A DNA stretch of 64,000 bases from Halarcobacter sp. (GTDB lineage: Bacteria; Campylobacterota; Campylobacteria; Campylobacterales; Arcobacteraceae): positions 640,001 to 704,000 of the forward strand of contig CP182352.1 in assembly GCA_048571215.1 (NCBI GenBank). The letters are read 5' to 3'. Every line of letters begins with the position of its first letter. The first letter of the stretch is position 1. Made by a program: the position numbers and the translations under genes. The notes beneath the pieces were generated by a model. That model saw only the letters and a program-made list of their open reading frames with translations. It did no database searches and was not told the origin of the DNA. Below are positions 59,798 to 64,000 of the stretch, one piece after another.

Positions 59798-61181
59798 AGT
59801 TAATGCTATTTAATAGTTACGAATTCATATTTATATTCTTACCCCTAACATTTTTTGTATACTTTTACCTAAATAGTAAAAGATTAACAGAGATAAGTAA
59901 AGGGTTTTTAGTAGTAAGTTCTTTGTTTTTTTATTCTTACTGGAATGTGGCATATTTACCACTGATATTAATAAGTATGGTGTTTAACTATGTAATAGGT
60001 AATACACTTTCAAAGAAAAAAGAAGATAAAAAGACATTTAGTAAAAAAAGTATGCTAACTTTTGGAATAATAGCAAACCTATCATTGTTAGGATACTTTA
60101 AATACGCAGATTTTTTTATAGAGAACTTTAATCTAGTAGTGGGTTCAAATATAAAACCTTTGCATCTACTACTGCCATTGGCAATATCGTTTTTTACCTT
60201 CCAACAAATAGCATACCTAGTAGATAGCTATAGAAAAGAGACAAAAGAGTATGACTTTCTAAATTACGCACTGTTTGTAACTTTCTTTCCACAATTAATA
60301 GCAGGACCAATAGTGCATCATAAAGAGATGATGCCCCAATTTGCAAATGTAAGAAATAAAGTAAAGAACTATAAAAATATAGCACTAGGAATATTTATAT
60401 TCTCAATGGGATTGTTTAAAAAAGTAGTAATAGCAGATACCTTTGCCGTATGGGCAAATGCAGGATTTGATGTAGCCCCAATACTAAATTTTTTTGAAGC
60501 ATGGGCAACATCCCTATCATATACCTTTCAATTGTACTTTGACTTTTCAGGTTACACAGATATGGCAATAGGTATAGCCTTGTTGTTTAATATAAGATTA
60601 CCAATAAACTTTAACTCTCCATATAAAGCCTTGGATATACAAGATTTTTGGAGAAGATGGCATATAACATTAAGTAGATTCCTAAGAGATTATGTATATA
60701 TACCATTAGGTGGAAATAGAATATCTAACTTTAGAACCTATGTAAACTTATTGGCAACATTTGTAATAGGTGGACTGTGGCATGGAGCAGGATGGACATT
60801 TGTGTTCTGGGGCTTTCTGCATGGAGTAGCATTAGCAATACATAGAATGTGGCAAAGTTTCAATATAAGATTGCCAAAAGTAATAGCATGGTTTATAACC
60901 TTTAATTTTGTAAATGTAGCCTGGGTATTTTTTAGAGCAAAAGAGTGGGATGATGCTATAAAAGTATTATCTGGAATGGTAGGATTAACAGGAATAGTAA
61001 TTAAAGAGAAATTAGAGTCAAAATTATATTTTTTAAGTGAATGGGGTGTTAAATTTAGTGATGTAACAGAACATATAGGTGGAGGTAGTAAGGTTTTAAA
61101 TTGGATTATCGTTTCATTTATATTTGTTATAGTGTTTAAAAATTCTTTAGAAAAAGCCAAGGAATTTAACAAAAATTATTT
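59798..61181 (+). repeat. ~1384-bp direct repeat, copy A (copy B 62209-63592)
   Basis: Translations identical up to ...EFNKNY; alternative-frame ORFs identical in both copies; offset 2411. Confidence 0.93.
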
Positions 61182-61269
61182 TAATTTATACTATATAATT
61201 TTACTTTTTATGTATAGTTTGTATTCAATGATTGGATTAAATTCAGAGTTTTTATATTTTAATTTTTAA
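59803..61269 (+). CDS. MBOAT O-acyltransferase (AlgI/PatA/DltB family), copy 1
   Basis: MLFNS..F, LPLAISFFTFQ, FFPQLIAGPI, YFDFSGY.DMA, FWRRWHI.LS, GLWHGA, EFLYFNF terminus. Confidence 0.93.
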   Translation: MLFNSYEFIFIFLPLTFFVYFYLNSKRLTEISKGFLVVSSLFFYSYWNVAYLPLILISMVFNYVIGNTLSKKKEDKKTFSKKSMLTFGIIANLSLLGYFKYADFFIENFNLVVGSNIKPLHLLLPLAISFFTFQQIAYLVDSYRKETKEYDFLNYALFVTFFPQLIAGPIVHHKEMMPQFANVRNKVKNYKNIALGIFIFSMGLFKKVVIADTFAVWANAGFDVAPILNFFEAWATSLSYTFQLYFDFSGYTDMAIGIALLFNIRLPINFNSPYKALDIQDFWRRWHITLSRFLRDYVYIPLGGNRISNFRTYVNLLATFVIGGLWHGAGWTFVFWGFLHGVALAIHRMWQSFNIRLPKVIAWFITFNFVNVAWVFFRAKEWDDAIKVLSGMVGLTGIVIKEKLESKLYFLSEWGVKFSDVTEHIGGGSKVLNWIIVSFIFVIVFKNSLEKAKEFNKNYFNLYYIILLFMYSLYSMIGLNSEFLYFNF

Positions 61270-61295
61270 GGAATATTATGAGTTATAAAAAATGG
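61242..61295 (+). repeat. 54-bp junction repeat (MBOAT end/RBS/MSYKKW), copy A (copy B 63662-63715)
   Basis: ttcagagtttttatattttaatttttaaggaatattatgagttataaaaaatgg; one mismatch between copies; offset 2420. Confidence 0.88.
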
Positions 61296-62201
61296 ATATT
61301 TTTATTTTTTATTTTAAATATTTTATCTGTACTTATTATTGAAATATTATACAGAATATATTATGTAGAATATAGACATAATGTTGATTATTTAGTAAAA
61401 AAAACAATTCCTTCTTTAAAAAATGAAAATAAAGAAGTATTAATATTGGGAGATAGTGTTGCAAATGGAGCATTTAAAAACTTAATATTGAAAGACAATG
61501 TATTAGATTTAACTTCAAATAGAGCTATATCTATTGCTGGTAATTATTTTTTATTAAAGAGATATTTAAAACAAAATAATATTCCTAAAAAAGTTTATTT
61601 ATTTGTTATTCCTGAGTTTTTTCAAAATGATTTAAATGAACCCTATACATATTTATTTTTTGAAACTGTATTTACTGAAAAGGAAGAAATTAATGAAATT
61701 AAAAAGTTAAAACCTACATTATATAATTCTAATCATGTTATTGATAAATATTTTGAAAGAAGAATAAAAGGATTATTTAAAGAAGATAAATACAAGGCAG
61801 TTAAAAGAGATAGTTTTATTGATATTGATGAAACAAAAATTTACAATGATTTTATCAATTTAAATGATAATGTATTGAATCGGATAAATTCTTATAAAAA
61901 AAGTCTTAATAAGCTTGAAAAGTTATCTACTGTTTATTTGAGTAAACTAAAAACATTATGCTTAAAAAATAATATAGAGTTTAATATTGTAATAGAACCT
62001 GTACCAATTGAAATTCAGAAATTATTTTATAATTCAAAGATTTATAATTATTTAAATTTAAATAATTACAGAATAATAGATGTAAATGATTATTATAAGT
62101 TTGGTAATAATCATTTTATCAAAGATTCAATACATTTTTCTGGAAATATTAATAATCTTTTTCAAAAAATAATTGATAAAAATATTATAGATATATTTTA
62201 A
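61278..62201 (+). CDS. Membrane-anchored SGNH-fold protein (AlgJ/DltD/PatB-like MBOAT partner)
   Basis: N-terminal TM helix, ILGDS block I, C-terminal DSIH. Confidence 0.68.
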   Translation: MSYKKWIFLFFILNILSVLIIEILYRIYYVEYRHNVDYLVKKTIPSLKNENKEVLILGDSVANGAFKNLILKDNVLDLTSNRAISIAGNYFLLKRYLKQNNIPKKVYLFVIPEFFQNDLNEPYTYLFFETVFTEKEEINEIKKLKPTLYNSNHVIDKYFERRIKGLFKEDKYKAVKRDSFIDIDETKIYNDFINLNDNVLNRINSYKKSLNKLEKLSTVYLSKLKTLCLKNNIEFNIVIEPVPIEIQKLFYNSKIYNYLNLNNYRIIDVNDYYKFGNNHFIKDSIHFSGNINNLFQKIIDKNIIDIF

Positions 62202-62208
62202 GGTGATA

Positions 62209-63592
62209 AGTTAATGCTATTTAATAGTTACGAATTCATATTTATATTCTTACCCCTAACATTTTTTGTATACTTTTACCTAAATAGTAAAAGATTAACA
62301 GAGATAAGTAAAGGGTTTTTAGTAGTAAGTTCTTTGTTTTTTTATTCTTACTGGAATGTGGCATATTTACCACTGATATTAATAAGTATGGTGTTTAACT
62401 ATGTAATAGGTAATACACTTTCAAAGAAAAAAGAAGATAAAAAGACATTTAGTAAAAAAAGTATGCTAACTTTTGGAATAATAGCAAACCTATCATTGTT
62501 AGGATACTTTAAATACGCAGATTTTTTTATAGAGAACTTTAATCTAGTAGTGGGTTCAAATATAAAACCTTTGCATCTACTACTGCCATTGGCAATATCG
62601 TTTTTTACCTTCCAACAAATAGCATACCTAGTAGATAGCTATAGAAAAGAGACAAAAGAGTATGACTTTCTAAATTACGCACTGTTTGTAACTTTCTTTC
62701 CACAATTAATAGCAGGACCAATAGTGCATCATAAAGAGATGATGCCCCAATTTGCAAATGTAAGAAATAAAGTAAAGAACTATAAAAATATAGCACTAGG
62801 AATATTTATATTCTCAATGGGATTGTTTAAAAAAGTAGTAATAGCAGATACCTTTGCCGTATGGGCAAATGCAGGATTTGATGTAGCCCCAATACTAAAT
62901 TTTTTTGAAGCATGGGCAACATCCCTATCATATACCTTTCAATTGTACTTTGACTTTTCAGGTTACACAGATATGGCAATAGGTATAGCCTTGTTGTTTA
63001 ATATAAGATTACCAATAAACTTTAACTCTCCATATAAAGCCTTGGATATACAAGATTTTTGGAGAAGATGGCATATAACATTAAGTAGATTCCTAAGAGA
63101 TTATGTATATATACCATTAGGTGGAAATAGAATATCTAACTTTAGAACCTATGTAAACTTATTGGCAACATTTGTAATAGGTGGACTGTGGCATGGAGCA
63201 GGATGGACATTTGTGTTCTGGGGCTTTCTGCATGGAGTAGCATTAGCAATACATAGAATGTGGCAAAGTTTCAATATAAGATTGCCAAAAGTAATAGCAT
63301 GGTTTATAACCTTTAATTTTGTAAATGTAGCCTGGGTATTTTTTAGAGCAAAAGAGTGGGATGATGCTATAAAAGTATTATCTGGAATGGTAGGATTAAC
63401 AGGAATAGTAATTAAAGAGAAATTAGAGTCAAAATTATATTTTTTAAGTGAATGGGGTGTTAAATTTAGTGATGTAACAGAACATATAGGTGGAGGTAGT
63501 AAGGTTTTAAATTGGATTATCGTTTCATTTATATTTGTTATAGTGTTTAAAAATTCTTTAGAAAAAGCCAAGGAATTTAACAAAAATTATTT
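62209..63592 (+). repeat. ~1384-bp direct repeat, copy B
   Basis: Matches 59798-61181. Confidence 0.93.
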
Positions 63593-63689
63593 AACTGCAA
63601 CTTTTATTTTAATTTATTCTTATATTATTTTTCTTTTTTCAATATATAATATGTATAAAGTTTCAGAATTTTTATATTTTAATTTTTAA
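62214..63689 (+). CDS. MBOAT O-acyltransferase, copy 2 (different last helix)
   Basis: Same as copy 1 except LTATFILIYSYIIFLFSIYNMYKV replaces FNLYYIILLFMYSLYSMIGLN before SEFLYFNF. Confidence 0.93.
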   Translation: MLFNSYEFIFIFLPLTFFVYFYLNSKRLTEISKGFLVVSSLFFYSYWNVAYLPLILISMVFNYVIGNTLSKKKEDKKTFSKKSMLTFGIIANLSLLGYFKYADFFIENFNLVVGSNIKPLHLLLPLAISFFTFQQIAYLVDSYRKETKEYDFLNYALFVTFFPQLIAGPIVHHKEMMPQFANVRNKVKNYKNIALGIFIFSMGLFKKVVIADTFAVWANAGFDVAPILNFFEAWATSLSYTFQLYFDFSGYTDMAIGIALLFNIRLPINFNSPYKALDIQDFWRRWHITLSRFLRDYVYIPLGGNRISNFRTYVNLLATFVIGGLWHGAGWTFVFWGFLHGVALAIHRMWQSFNIRLPKVIAWFITFNFVNVAWVFFRAKEWDDAIKVLSGMVGLTGIVIKEKLESKLYFLSEWGVKFSDVTEHIGGGSKVLNWIIVSFIFVIVFKNSLEKAKEFNKNYLTATFILIYSYIIFLFSIYNMYKVSEFLYFNF

Positions 63690-63715
63690 GGAATATTATG
63701 AGTTATAAAAAATGG
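63662..63715 (+). repeat. 54-bp junction repeat, copy B
   Basis: Matches 61242-61295. Confidence 0.88.
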
Positions 63716-64000
63716 GTAAATAATTTATTTTTAAATCTTATTTTATTATGTATGATATTTTTTATTTTTACTTTTGTAATTTATGATAAATTTACTAATA
63801 GAAGTTTGATTAATAAAGAGTATTTAATTGTAGATAATAGTCCAAAAATTGTATTTGCTGGTGACAGTAGAGCAGAAAGACAATTAAATGTTGAAGCAGC
63901 TAGAAAAATATTAAATTATAAAAATGGGGATATAGTTAATATTGCTATAAGTTCTGGAGATCCTATTATGATTAACAATTTAATTGATAGATTTCCAGAT
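63698..64000 (+). CDS. Second SGNH-fold MBOAT partner (partial, runs off the window)
   Basis: Manual translation MSYKKWVNNLFLNLILLCMIFFIFTFVIY...IVFAGDSRAERQ...VNIAISSG; TM anchor plus GDS. Confidence 0.68.
   Translation, partial: MSYKKWVNNLFLNLILLCMIFFIFTFVIYDKFTNRSLINKEYLIVDNSPKIVFAGDSRAERQLNVEAARKILNYKNGDIVNIAISSGDPIMINNLIDRFPD

Noticed and set aside
59798..63592. Diversity-generating retroelement or IS explanation for the long repeat
   Set aside because: No adenine-specific differences, reverse transcriptase, transposase or terminal inverted repeats; the repeat is the MBOAT coding sequence itself
41370..64000. Phase-variable poly-G/C tracts in glycan genes
   Set aside because: No long G or C homopolymers seen; A/T runs are expected at this composition and the ORFs are intact

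Overview
AT-rich bacterial chromosome segment. Gene content (gltB/gltD, YfhL ferredoxin-ppx-lipid A acyltransferase, an epsilonproteobacterial-type porin) points to a Campylobacterota genome, most likely Arcobacteraceae (inference). (1) 1-19 kb is an aromatic-catabolism region. It holds two solute-binding proteins, a hemerythrin-PAS histidine kinase, a HisKA_2 kinase with a winged-helix response regulator, malate dehydrogenase, a complete catechol meta-cleavage operon (xylT, I.2.C-like C23O, GlcG-like, dmpC/E/F/G/H/I, LLM oxidoreductase, dmpD, panE-like, AEC transporter) and a porin. Six promoters here share one exact layout, GCGA-N7-(G/A)CGA-N11-[-10], which defines a probable regulon; one copy drives an unannotated 28-aa membrane peptide. 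(2) 19-33 kb has an SSS symporter, a Fur-boxed feo operon with periplasmic partners, a large Cache-repeat/CheW fusion and a TRAP transporter with two DctP paralogs. Both dctP promoters show a second motif of the same geometry (TACA-N7-TACA-N11-[-10]). (3) 33-42 kb is housekeeping (gltBD, IMPase-like, ferredoxin, ppx, lpxL-like). (4) 42-64 kb is a surface-glycan (LOS/LPS-type) locus with GDP-fucose, dTDP-amino-dideoxyhexose and ManNAc pathways plus sulfo-, methyl- and fucosyltransferase-like genes. It ends in tandem MBOAT-SGNH modules: the MBOAT gene is a ~1.38-kb apparently identical repeat, but its last helix and its SGNH partner differ. I saw no rRNA, tRNA, CRISPR array, transposase or integrase. 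All family calls come from motif recognition by eye, not from database searches.
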